Position numbers and translations under genes: made by a program
Source of the DNA: Eledone cirrhosa
Taxonomy: Eukaryota
DNA: 64,000 bases
Assembly (NCBI GenBank): GCA_964016885.1
Contig: OZ024756.1
Location: 41,168,001 to 41,232,000 of the forward strand
Direction: 5' to 3'
Shown: in pieces, positions 12,958 to 27,611 of the stretch
Position numbering within the stretch: position 1 is the first letter of the stretch
Layout of the letters: every line of letters begins with the position of its first letter
The notes under the pieces: generated by a model
What the model was told of the DNA's origin: nothing
What the model saw: the letters and a program-made list of their open reading frames with translations, nothing else
The model's database searches: none

Positions 12958-15900
12958 GCGTGTGCGTGTGCGTGCGTACACAAATTACAGGATTTAAGAA
13001 TAAATCGAATGGTGTTACATTATTTTTGATGAGATATTTGTGGCTTTAAAATCTTCCGAATCTCCTCATTGTCCATGTTTTCCCTGCAGTTGTCGACTTG
13101 CAGACCAAAACATAAAAAAATAAAAGATAAAAAATAAAAAGTAGCAATAAAAATGTTTAAAATACAACAACTTACCAGTGTCAAAACTTGATGAAGGTGT
13201 GTATACAGGTGGGGCCCACTCAGATTTGGAAGTAAAATTAACCCCATCGGTCTAGAGAAGAAGAAGAAGAAGAAAAAGAAGGAGAAGAAGAAGATATCAC
13301 CTTATTTCAATAGACAGTCTTTTCTATTGCTGTTGTTATTGTTGTTGTTGATGTTATTATTGTTTATTACAAGACCACTTCAGATTCAGCAGGCCTTTGG
13401 TCAAATGTGGGACAGCTGCTACAGTCCCATTTATTTTATACACAACAACAACAAGCCAGTGTATTTCAATGGAAATGTGGTCAGAAAAATGTTTAAAAAA
13501 AACAAACAAACTTATCTTACATATTGCATAATAGTTGTCAAGAAATCAGGTTCTTTGGGACCCAGCTAACAATGATAGGGTTTCAATATCAGGCTAAGTG
13601 AGGTACAATATAGCAAAACAATCTTGTATGTTGTATACTAAATGTTGGGAGAGAAATAATCCTGCTTTGGTGAGGTTTGATGATCTGTCAAACATTAGTG
13701 TAACTTTGATAAACACTAATGAAATCATTAGTGTAACTTTGATAAACACTAATGAAAGCTTTAGTGTAACTTTGATAAACACTAATGAAATCATTAGTGT
13801 AACTTTGATAAACACTAATGAAATCATTAGTGTAACTTTGATAAACACTAATGAAAGCTTTAGTGTAACTTTGATAAACACTAATGAAATCATTAGTGTA
13901 ACTTTGATAAACACTAATGAAAACATTAGTGTAACTTTGATTACACTAATGAAAGCATTTAAGACAAATAGATAGATAGATAAATATTAAACTCACCTGA
14001 CGGAGATTGAGGAGTGATGATGGATATTTATATTCACTACAGGTAGGCAAATGAACTTTTTTCATAATTGAATTTTTAGGGCAATCACAAGTTTTGAATT
14101 CTGAAAATATAACATATAGATGTATAAATAGATATATAAGTAAATATATATTTTATGGCGGTATGTCAAAATACAAAGGACATGTCCACCTTTACAAACA
14201 CCTCAACACAAAAAGTAAATGTAATGTGAGACTTGAGACTTCAGCAAATAATGACAGAGACAATTTAGGGTTTGAGAGGACCCTTCAGTCAGGACAACCA
14301 TATAACAGTATCTCTAGTGCAGGTGCCATAATAAAATAAACACTGTGCACTTTGTAAAATGTTAGTGTCGAAGCCAGAGTGTCTTGTTAAATAGATGAAT
14401 GTAAATGGCTTTAACCTGGTACCACAATGTATGTGAAAAGGAAAAACAATATGGGAGAACAATACAGTACAAGGATATATATTAGTTTAATGTTTGATAT
14501 AATAGGTGAAGAGTCTTAATGTTTCAGATATTAATTCTACATCAGAAGATAGAATGCAGGATAAAAGAAGAAATAGAAAGATAAACAAGAGTAAGAGGAA
14601 GAAACCTACCCCAAAAAATGTTCACAGGAAGAAAGCTTATGTGTTCACAGGCAGCCATTTTACACAACACACTTCCAGTTTTACCCAACAAGGACAACAA
14701 CAACTAGAACTACAATACAGAACAGAAACTTACCTGTTTCATTTAAAGGAGATCTGAAAAAGATGTTAGTTTTTTTATCTTCAATATAAGGTTCAGCAGT
14801 GAAGGCCTTTCTTAAGGGATCTGAAGATTTTCTGGAACTCCTGGTTCTCATACATTTCCTTTCATGAACAATCTGTAAGACATAGATATAATATATTTGA
14901 TACTCATTAAAGATGCAGTGCAGTGATAGAGACAGTGCTGGATTTAGGACAAATGAGGCCTTGTGCTAGTTATGTTATGAGGCCTTATACTTGGGCCCTG
15001 CAGGAGGTAAACAATTTTTGGGGGCAGGAAGAAGGGCCATCCTGGCCAACGGGGATCTGTGCTTAAGCACACCTAAGTATAATGGTAAATCCAGTACTGG
15101 ATAGAGATGAGCATGAATACGTGATTCTTCTTATCACAGGTAAAAAAACAACCCAATATGACTTGGCCATTTGAGGCTCTCATAAATTGTGACTTTGGAG
15201 ACAATATTTAGTAGCCATACTGTAAACCCTGTGGACATATATATACATAGAACCCTACCCCCTCAACAACAACAAACAGATATTAAAATGATAATTATGA
15301 TGATGTAGAAGAAATGTGATAAATGTACTCACAATATCTTCTAGATTAAAACCCAGCCCACAAAAGGCACAAGAATACATTTCTGATCTTTGGGATGGAG
15401 CTGAAATGGAAAAAAAAGGTAAGACTGGAATTAATACTTCAAAACATTCTGACATTCTAGCGACTGCTAATTCCTATAAAAGAAGAATTAAGACTCAATT
15501 CAATGAGGAGAGATACAGTTCTTCCTCCCAGTTCCAAGGTAGTCAGAACCATATTCTATAAGCCTTTTCCTCACCAATCTCTTGTGTTAAATATATTCTT
15601 TCAGACACTAAGAATTATGTGTTACTGATACAAAGAATGATGATCAAGGTATTTATAATTTGGTTCTACACACACATCTTTACATTATTCTATGTACTAT
15701 ACGTACACATTTGATGAGTTGTAGTGCACCTGAGCACTGTACACAATAATTTTCATTATTATTATATTATAAAAGACCCAACTAATTCAACCGCAGTGTA
15801 TTAATGTTGTATATTTTAATAGAACAATCTTCCTTTAAACTGAACACTGAACAGTGAGTTACTGAATGAGATACCATGAAACTCTCTGTCTAGTTATCTC

Positions 15901-18900
15901 TCGTCTGCATCACTGCCACAATAAGAAGCAAGCAGAGAAAAGTGAGTTATTTCCCTTGCTATATATTTATATCATGTCTTTGTTATAAGCTTTTCAATAG
16001 AAAGAGACTATTGTTAACCCGAAACAAACAGAGTTTCTTTTATCCCGCATGTACTTTTAGAGCTAGTGGGGCAGGGGTCTCTTCAGCCACCCCCCAACAT
16101 ACAAATCTACGTATATTTCTCTCAGTCCACTGGCGCTTATTATTATTTCATGCTATTATATTTATTTTGTAGCTGAACCAGAAACCATTATTGGATTAGC
16201 AGTATTGCTAGAACATCGGACAAAATAGTTTGTGGTATATAGATACAGTTCTTTACATATGAAGTAAATGAAATAAAGTCTGTGTTTGTTTGTGAAGCTA
16301 TCTTCTCTATCTCTGTTCCTACTACTCTCACATAGTCAAAATACACATCAACTATTTAACACGTTTCAAGAAATGAACTGTGTTCAAACCCGGAGAAGAG
16401 GTGGGCTCTGACAGCTTTAAAATGTCCAAGGCACGTTGTATGTCACTACAGTACCCCTAAGACTCCCCACCCACCCCCACACACAAATCATCTGCTCACA
16501 AACATTCACCAATAATATTTAACACTACTTACATTCTTCTGTAAAATCTCTTAAAGATGATGGAAAGAAGTCAGAATGTAAATTGTTCTGTTTTGGATTT
16601 GAATGGAAGAAGTTTCTATAAACGTACTTCATGTTGTTATTAACTATGGACTCAAATGTTTCGAAGAATTTGGGAAATTCTGAGGAATATCCATTAGAGT
16701 ACATTGGATGTGAATTAGAGAAGGTCCCATTCTTGCTTCCTGGTTCATCTTCTCTGGAACAGCTGTCTCGGTCTGGCTCCCTGAAACATAGAACAATACA
16801 TCAGTTATTGGGAAATTCTGATTGTGGAGTATATGCATGGACACACATATATACATATATACACATACATACATATAATATATACATACATATATGCATA
16901 ACACAGATATACAAACATACATATATATCATATATATTTGTATGTAATTGACGGCTGAGATAAAAGAGTTCTCACATACACACACATGCTTTCTTTCACA
17001 CTCATACACACATACATAGAGACACATTGACATATACATACACAAACACATACACATACATACAGAAACACAGACATAAACAGACAAACATACAGAAACA
17101 TACATACATACAAAAGCACACACATCTGCACATATACAAACACACACGCACAGAACTGATAACAGCTGGTTGATCATGAAAACCTAGCTAACTAAAGTAC
17201 TTCAGACATTTGTGTGTGTGTGTGTGTGTGAATGCGTGGTTGTGTGCATGTGAATACGTGTATGTATGTGTATGTGAATGTGTGTGTGTGTGAATGCGTG
17301 GTTGTGTGCATGTGAATACGTGTATGTATGTGTATGTGAATGTGTGTGTGTGTATGTGTATGTATATATGTGTGTCTGTGTGTGTACATGTTTAATTGAT
17401 AGATTTTTACATAAAGTCATATTATGCTTTACAATTTAATCTGTAACATTTTAGATAAGATAAACCAGAGACGTGGTTGTCAAACTGACATTCCTAGATT
17501 TTAACTGGAACCTGACTTGACGATATTCACCTTATGTATTGTGATCACTTTCCGACGAAGCCTTTTTGTTAAAAATAACTAACTGATAATTTGCACATTA
17601 TTCTATGTACTATACATGCACCTTTGGTGAATTGTAGTGCACCTGAGCACTGTACACAATAATTTTCGTTATTATTATAACAAGTTTGAAACATCTCAGA
17701 CACACACATTTCGATAACAATAACCAGCTGGTGACATCCTCTGTGATTATATAATAAGCAGCTTCCACAGAGTGGAGAGAACCGGAGAAACATTTCTAAT
17801 ACGACCTTTAAACAAAATTTACACATCTTTTTAACATCTAACAACACATTACACATCTTTTTGACTTCTACTAACATATTACACATCTTTTTAACATCTA
17901 TCAACACATCATATATCTTTTATATGAAAGATGAAACCCTCCTAATATAGAGCTAGTTATTAAAACAAGATGACTGGGTTCCCTTTGTATATTCTTAGAT
18001 ACAAGGCTCAAGATTTTTAAATGAGAAGTTTAACTACATCACTATATAATTGGTGTAACTTAGTCGACCACAGCAAATCAGCTGAATTAGAACTTGGCAG
18101 ATCAAAGTTTCAAGTTTATACAAGACACATTCTTCTCTATCAATTCCCAAATGAACCACAAAGCTACTAGTTGATATCACAACCTTACAAATGATTTTAT
18201 TTTGCCCATATCATCATTTCTGCCAAAGAAAACCAGAAAAAAAGCTAAGGTTTTTTTAAAATTTCAATTCTAAAGTTGGTATTTTTATTTCTTTTTTTAA
18301 AAACCAAAGTGAAAAATCTTTGTATCTTTGTAGTGCAGAATTCCAGACATTCAACAAAGACCAAACTCGTGTGATAAGGAAACCCTCTTTGTTAAGCAGT
18401 TTTCTGGTTACATTCTCATTAATAACTGGCTAATTTCATTTACATCAAAGAAAAAAAAAAAAAATTCATTTGACCTTATCTGTTTCATTCTACAGAAAAA
18501 AATGTGCATTTCTAAAAATATAGAATCCTAAAAATATTTGTCACACAGACAACATAGACTCTCGCAGAAGTACACAGGCTGAAACCAAAACTATTTATAC
18601 ACCATTTATCTACAGACACATATCAAACAGAGATAAGCAACAGCTACAGACCTCCTATATACATTACACATTTTAAAGTTTAGTATCGGCAGAAGAACCC
18701 TTTCCCAACAGTTCACTTTAGTTCTGATACCCAGATTGACTAACAACTATTGTTGGTCAGATGTACTGATAAGTTTTTATTCAGCTCAAACAAGGTCATT
18801 GACTATTTCTGATAACATCGAGGCAAATTTAAATAATGTTAAAAACTTTTACCAACATCTTACTATTTACTTCCTTTAACAACTACCAGCATCTGATGAT

Positions 18901-19815
18901 TCAGTTAGCTTTAATCCTAAGCAAGGCAATAAAGCCACTAAAATATAAGGGGTTACTGAGAAGGACAAGACAGAGAGAACATAAGCCCAAGGCAATAAAG
19001 CCACTAAAATATAAGGGGTTACTGAGAAGGACAAGACAGAGAGAACATAAGCCCAAGGCAATAAAGCCACTAAAATATAAGGGGTTACTGAGAAGGACAA
19101 GACAGAGAGAACATAAGCCCAAGGCAATAAAGCCACTAAAATATAAGGGGTTACTGAGAAGGACAAGACAGAGAGAACATAAGCCCAAAGCAATAAAGCC
19201 ACTAAAATGCAAGGGATTCGGACAAAGCTAGCCTCGGCAGGATTTGATCTCAGAATATAAAGGACCATAACTATGCCACAAAGTGTATTGTTCGACACTC
19301 TACCGATTACTGCCAATTCACCACTTTGGATAGATAATAACAATAATAACAGTGAACACTTTTCAAAAGTTGAAACTAAATACTGCCACTGTTTAGCTCT
19401 GTAATGTCTGTCAACTAACCGTCATACCATTCCACTAAATATTATTTTAATATAACATGACATTGATATTTATATTCTCCTTCTGTTAAGTGTCTAACTT
19501 ATCTTTCTACACAAGTGCACTTGTTATTCTTAACATACATATTCCAGACAATAACATGAATATGTATATTATAAAGAGTCTGGAACCCGACGACTGAGCT
19601 CTTGCAGTTTCAACAGCCAGTTCTAGACTGGCATATACATATGCAAATATATAACCATACTCTACTCAAAGTATCGAGTACTCTGGTGAGTAATGGTCTA
19701 ACCAGCTTCAAAATGTATACACACTTCAACTCAATTCTAATAAATATTGCCTGTACAGGTAATCAAAGTGTGTAGACATTTTTGGGGACACTCTGTATAT
19801 ATTCATATATATATA

Positions 19816-19878
<63 letters not shown>

Positions 19879-20927
19879 ATATATATTGTATGTGTGTATA
19901 AATTCATAGACTTCGATATTGGCAAAATCCCATTTGTTTTCTTTATTTTTTTTACATATCTGGTATTCTATATCAAGAAGAGAATGAAGACCCAATTTGA
20001 AAGTTCTGGCAAAGAAACACACAATAACCTACAAGATATTTGTTATTTGATATGCCATTTGATCATCTTGCATGGACACACTCCTTAACATGTGCAAATG
20101 GCACACATTTATATATATATATATGTAAAATGATGATGAAAAGGTAAACAGAAATAACAAAACAATGCAGTACAATGCAGTATTAGTTTAACACTTGAGA
20201 TAGAAGGAATATATATATATAATGAAAGGTCGGCTGTATGATACTTATGTGTGTTGTGCGATGTTGCATGGTAGCGAGACATGGTCAGTGGGGACGCTTA
20301 TCAATAATGGGACTTGGTGTGTAAATATATTTATGTGTGTGTGTATATGTGGTTATATGGTTGTGTGTGGCCTAGTGGTAAGAGTGTTGGACATACTGTA
20401 GGTTTGATTCCTGGACTGTGTTGTGTTCTTGAGCAAAACACTTTATTTCACATTGCTCCAGTATACTCAGCTGAAAATGAGTACCAGTAATAGCTGAGAG
20501 TTTAACCCTGTGGTGGACTAGCATCCTGTCCAGGGGAAAGTCTTGTACTCTCAGTTGCTCCACGCCATGAAACCGGGATAAGCACCAGTCTGACGACCCT
20601 CCAGGTTTGAGACAGACTTTAGAGAAGAGAGTTAGAGACTCTGTACTCACACACATCACATTGCCATCTTGGCTTCTTCACTTTGAAGACCTTTTTTCCT
20701 GCCTTCCAGAGAAATTTAGGCTGAGAAACCACACAACATTTCTAAACCTAAACCATGACAAATGTTCTATTAATATATTTAAAGGATGTATTTCACTGAT
20801 AACCAATATCATCTTACAAAAATATTCTCTTTCTACAGCTGTAGCCCTAGATTCCCATATTTACCCCCAAAAATTCATAACTTGAGATAAATGTATGGTG
20901 AAGTGTATATGCGTGTGTGTGTGTGTA

Positions 20928-20976
<49 letters not shown>

Positions 20977-21163
20977 AGGTGTAGGTACTGTTATTATGAT
21001 CAGTAATTTCGACTATCTCGAGAAGGATGCATCTTAGAAGAGAGAAAGGTAAAGCTCCCGATTAACTCTTCTTGATTTCCTGTTTATAATTGTTTGTTTC
21101 CATTTAACATTAGCAAAGGTGTTGAGAAAGGTACGGATATTAGGCTATCACACTTCCTAATCT

Positions 21164-21197
<34 letters not shown>

Positions 21198-22159
21198 ATA
21201 TGTAGATCCTCGAATTGTGTTGTGTGTGGGGTAACAACAGCTAAATTATGTACCCAATACGTTAGTAGATAAGAAGCATATTTTACTTTATATAGAATGA
21301 CTTCTACAGGACTAGAACTGTTTCATTCACATGAAATCATCAGGGCATTCCTCATGATTTCTTACGACATTCCTCTGCCCCAAAATTGCTGGCATTGTGG
21401 CTAAATTAGAAAGTATTAATTAAGCTGATGTTTGGAACATCACTTAACAAAAATCTTCTTTCATAAAATTGTGATGGAAGGTTTAAATATAAGTATTAAC
21501 ACTTTAACATGGGCAGTGTTGTATCATAAAACCAGGGGCTGGTTATCAACCGGGCGCTGCAGGAGCAACATCAAAACTTCTCACTCGGAGCATATCACAG
21601 TATAAATAAAATATACAATAGCTGTCTGATGAGGTCGTATCTATTGCATAATAGATACCATCGGAATGCATATAACAGCAATGATGTAATTCATAAAATG
21701 ATGTAAGATTCTAACATACTGCCTTCTTCTTCATTATTATATATATAGGGTGGTGGATTGGCAGTATCAGTAGAGGGTCGGACGCCATGCTTTGACGCAT
21801 ACAACCCTTGCAATTCTGAGTTCAAATCCTGCCAAGGTTAACTTTGCCTTTCATCCCTACGGGGTCGATAAAATAAAGTACCAGTAATGTACTGGGGTAA
21901 TTGCTGGCCTTGTGCCTAAAGTAGAAACAATTATTATATATATACATACACATATATATGCATGTATATACATAAATATACATACACACACACATATATA
22001 CATACACAGAGTGTGTGTGTGTGTGCAGATAGAAAGAGAAAACAAAAGAAAGACTAGTGAAGTGTGTCATCTCTTTAATAAATATTCCACCAAAAACACC
22101 TTCAAACACAGATGGTTTCTTTCACTGATAGCTAGGTTGAGTGTGTGTGTATATATATA

Positions 22160-22206
<47 letters not shown>

Positions 22207-22836
22207 ATATATAAATGCATATGTATGTATGAACGTGTGTGTGTATATATAAATGCGTATATATGTATGAATGTGTGTGTATGTATATATATGTGTGTGT
22301 GTATATATAAATGCATATGTATGTATGAACGTGTGTGTGTGTATATATAAATGCGTATATATGTATGAACGTGTAGCAAGAGTTGCCTCCCTTGTTGTGA
22401 CGAAAACATCACCAATAGAGTAACGCTCTCTAGACAGGAAGTACCTGGAGTTGCTTCCCGTTGGGGTGATAGAACCCATTTTGTCACTTCCGGCAGAACC
22501 CTATAAAGGGAATAACTTTCAGCTCCCTCTCTCTCATTTGCCCTTTCGGCTCCTGGCAACCAAACGGTAACTAATAACTTTGCTTCATTCTCTCATCTAT
22601 TCATTGACATGTCAACTATACTGTTCTATATATCCACAAATTGTTAATTAAATATTATACACACAAACCACGTCTCTTGTTATACTTATACAACCCAGTA
22701 AATTGCTATAAACGTGTGTGTGTATATATATATGAATGTATGTGTATGTATATGTATATATATGTGTGTATATATAAATGCGCATGTATGTATGAACATG
22801 TGTGTATGTATATATAAATGCGTATGTATGCATGAA

Positions 22837-22879
<43 letters not shown>

Positions 22880-22906
22880 ATATATAAATGCGTATGTATG
22901 TATGAA

Positions 22907-22947
<41 letters not shown>

Positions 22948-23110
22948 ATATATAAATGCGTATGTATGTATGAACGTGTGTGTATATATAAATGCGTATG
23001 TATGTATGAACGTGTGTATATATATATATATATGTGTGTGTATGTATGAACGTGTGTGTATATATATATATATATGTGTGTGTATATATAAATGCGTATG
23101 TATGTATGAA

Positions 23111-23155
<45 letters not shown>

Positions 23156-24104
23156 ATGTATCTGTACACGAAAGGTGATCATTAATGGTGTTCACCATGT
23201 TTGGCAGGTATATATCATGTTGTGCACTCCATATGGGATACCTTAACCTCGTAACCTCATATTAGAACATTATAGACTGTAAGTTGAGAAGTGTCTGGAG
23301 CAATAAGGTCTTATACAGCAACCAACACACAAACTAAACAGAATCTACACACACACTCCAGCTTATCAACCACTGTCTAACATTCATCTGTAATTTTGGC
23401 ACAAGGCCAGCAATTTGAGGTGGTCGATTATACCAACCTAGTATATGACTGCTATTGTATTTTCTCGACCCTAAATTTACTTACTCATCAGGCGCAAGAG
23501 GGAAAATTGTCGAAGTATTGGCTACTCTGTGATAGGTTAATGGTCAAGCCTGTGGAAGGGGAGACTTCCGGCATTCTTGGCCCAAGTATCAGCACAAGGC
23601 CAGCAATTTGAGGGGAGGAGAAAGTCAATTACATTGACCCCAGTATTTAACTGGTACTGTAGTTTATTGATCGCCTTTGGCGGGATTTGAACTCAGAAAG
23701 TAAAGGACCAATAACTAAATATGGGAAAGATGATTATATTCACACCAGCTCTTAACAGGTACTTTATATTATCGACCCCAAAAGGATGAAAGATAAAGTT
23801 GACCTCGGTGGGATTTGAATTCAGAATATATAAAGAGCCAGACCAAATACCGTAATGGCATTTTGGTCCGACACTCTACCGATTTTGCCAATCCACCACC
23901 CTCTAATATTGTTAGACAGATTAGCCACATAACACACCAATCCCCCCTCTCCCCTCCCCCTCTCTCGACCTTCTCCCCCCCTCTCTCGACCTTCTGTAGC
24001 TCTGTTATTGGCTTTCATAAAATTCGGTAACAATCCCGGAGTAAAGGGTTATGCCATAACTTAAGTACTTGATACACTAAATTATTTCATATATATCATA
24101 TGTC

Positions 24105-24149
<45 letters not shown>

Positions 24150-27100
24150 GTACATACATGTGTGTGTGTGTCTGAAAATACGCAGCTACTATTTTTACGT
24201 AAAATGTATCGTAACCTGCTTCGATCAAGTGTTTTACTTTTGTGCAATTCTTCATTCCAAATTAAATAACTTAGCTATCTTCTTTCTGTCTGACCTCTGT
24301 ATACCATTGAAGGTGTCCATGGCAACATAGATCTTTTCATTTTTCAACTGATTCCATGATCTCTAGATGTGAAGGAGAAACTAGAAAGACATTCAATGTT
24401 CCATACCAGGAGGTCCACGGTCCATTGCCAAGGATGAGGAGCACTAAATGGCATCGCTACACTATTCTACCTAAAGACCCTCTCTTTAGCTTCAGGAATT
24501 AAAATAAATAAAAAAAGTGATTGACGAGGCAGTGAATTAGCAGTCATTAGAGCATCAGATAGAATACTTTGTGGTATTCATTCCAGATCTCAGCTCTCTG
24601 AGTTCAAATTCCACCAAGGTCAAATATGGTTGACATCCTTTTGAGGATGATAAAAGAAGTACCTGTCTAGTACTGGAGTTGAATCTTACCCTCCCTCTCT
24701 CTCTCATACACACAGCCGATATAGTAAAGTACCAGTAACATACTAGGGTGGATTTAATTGACATTCCCATCCTCCAAAATTGTTGGCCTTGTACCTAAAT
24801 CAGAAACCCTTATTACAGAAACTAGGGCACGAGGTTGGCAGAATCGGTAGAGCGTCGGACAACATGCTTTGCGGTACATAGTTATGCCCAATTAAGTTCT
24901 GAGTTCAAATCTCGACGAGGTCAATTTTGCTTTTCATCTTTTCAGGGTCGATAAAATAAAGTACCAGTTAAGTACTAGGGTTGATATAATCAACTCTCCC
25001 CTGCCCCCTACATTGTTGTTCTTGTGCTAATGTTAGAAACAGTTATTATAGAAATTGTATATAGCTTAGATAAGAGAATGAGAAGAAATAAATACCCCTG
25101 AATGTTAAGGATATATATATATATATAAATATATATAAATATACATATTTCAAGGACACCAAGTTAAATTATTGTTGAGTGCTTTATATCAGTAAAAATA
25201 TTTGCTTGTTGTATCCCAACAATTTATATATAAATATATATAAATATATAAATATATATATATATATATAGATATATATATAAATATATATATATATGTT
25301 GTATTTATCAATATATTCCTCACATAATTTCCATCTAATAGATATGACACAGTAATCTGGCTGAGAAACCAAGACCCTCTAAACTGTGTTGTGTTACACT
25401 TAGCATGCTGAAGAAATTACTATCTTCTTATCTGAAAGAAACTTTGGAAAAAAACCTGGAATATCAGCAGAGTTTGTATTTCTGACGCCATTGCTTAACT
25501 TGTCAAGCATGAAAACACTGTTGAGTGGAGATAAATGGCGAGGAAGAATTTGGGATAGGGATGGGTAACCTTTTAGGAGCAGTGGGCCACATGAGATATG
25601 GATTATCATATGGTAGACCACATGAGATATGGCTTATCATAAGGTGGGCCACATGAGATATGGCTTATTATAAGGTGGTCCACATGAGATGTGGCTTATT
25701 ATGTGGTAGGCCACATGAAATATGGCTTATTATAAGGTAGACCACATGAAATATGGCTTATTATAAGGTGGACCACATGAAATATGGCTTATCATATGGT
25801 GGGCCACATGAGATATGGCTCATCATAAGGTGGGCCACATGAGATATGGTTCATCATAAGGTGAGCCACTTTGAGATATGGCTCATGAGGTAGGCCACAT
25901 GAGATATGGCTCATCATAAGGTGGGCCACATGAGATATGGCTCATTATAAGGTGGGCCACATGAGATATGGTTCATCATAAGGTGAGCCACTTTGAGATA
26001 TGGCTCATGAGGTAGGCCACATGAGATATGGCTTATTATAAGGTGGGCCACATGAGATATGGCTCACCATAAGGTGGGCCACATGAGATATGGCTCATCA
26101 TAAGGTGGGCCACATGAGATATGGCTCATAAGGAAGGCCACATGAGATATGGCTCATAAGGAAGGCCACATGAGATATGGCTCATCATAAGGTGGGCCAC
26201 ATGAGATATGGCTCATAAGGAAGGCCACATGAGATATGGCTTATTATAAGGTGGGCCACATGAGATATGGCTGATCATAAGGTAGGCCACATGAGATATG
26301 GCTCATCATAAGGTGGGCCACATGAGATATGGCTCATCATAAGGTGGACCACATGAGATATGGCTCATCATAAGGTGGACCACATGAGATATGGCTCATC
26401 ATAAGGTGGGCCACATGAGATATGGCTTATCATAAGGTAGGCCACATGAGATATGGTTCATCATAAGGTGGGCCACTTTGAGATATGGCTCATGAGGTAG
26501 GCCACATGAGATATGGCTTATTATAAGGTGGGCCACATGAGATATGGCTCACCATAAGGTGGGCCACATGAGATATGGCTCATCATAAGGTGGACCACAT
26601 GAGATATGGCTTATCATAAGGTGGTCCACATGAGATATGGCTCATAAGGAAGGCCACATGAGATATGGCTTATCATAAGGTAGGCCACATGAGATATGGT
26701 TCATCATAAGGTGGGCCACTTTGAGATATGGCTCATGAGGTAGGCCACATGAGATATGGCTTATTATAAGGTTGGCCACACTAATGTATTGAGTACCTTA
26801 CTGTGGTTACCCCTAATTGAACCCAAGACTCTCTCTTACACACACACACACACATATATCTATTAACGAGTGTTTCTTTTTGTTGTTAGTATTTAGTACA
26901 GATCTTTCAATGACCCCAGTGAAAAGGGGTTACACTATCCCATGTCTCCTTTAGCTTTACCACTGGTTTCAGTTGTTAATCTCATCAGCCTCGATCTACT
27001 CCGCCCTGCCAACATCTAGATATTACTCAGAACATCTCTTTTTTTGTATGCTTAATTTATCAAGAACCACATTATCTAATATGTTTTTTATTTATTTTCT

Positions 27101-27578
27101 ATTTAATGTGGCGCTGTGCGATTTCATGGTTATTTGGTTGTCATATCTAGCCTATCAGGCGACCACGTATAGGCTCTGTCGTTGGCTAGTGGCTTCAGTC
27201 TTTATTGCTGTGCAACAAACCATTCATTGATCAAACAGGTAAAATAGAACTAACAAGTTGTAGGAGAAGAACCATCTTTTTATTCCAGCTACAAAACATT
27301 CCAGGAGGACGAGATAAGTAAAAAAAACGGGGCTGGGAGTTGATGGCATGTAACTAAATATTTAGCACAGTTGTAATATGAGATGTGAAGGAACCTATAA
27401 GAAAGTACAGTTACCTTCATTCTAAAATACCATCAATGCTATTAATGCTGTCAAGAGAGAGCTAAAGGGAAGACGATCAAAACAACTCGGTTGTTGTCGA
27501 AAGTTACACAGAAATTGTATCGGTAATATTTGTTAGATGTGCGAGGGAGAATGAGTAAGGAAAGTGAAAGCAAGAGAC

Positions 27579-27611
<33 letters not shown>

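Noticed and set aside
13020-13085. Extra exon or mariner start ([11 protein letters not shown])
   Set aside because: Stop in the required frame, no donor site, and too short to call a transposase.
18836-19343. ORFs with 22-aa repeats on both strands
   Set aside because: They result from a 66-bp tandem repeat that lacks stops; no splice or homology support.
20651-20720. Cassette exon in J-protein intron 1 (ctcag acceptor, GTGAGT donor)
   Set aside because: It introduces a stop in the frame set by exon 1, and a similar ggctgagaaacc motif at ~25.36k suggests repeat origin; a poison exon cannot be supported without RNA data.
23163-23317. Second solo LTR (TGTA...TACA)
   Set aside because: No target-site duplication and weak terminal symmetry.
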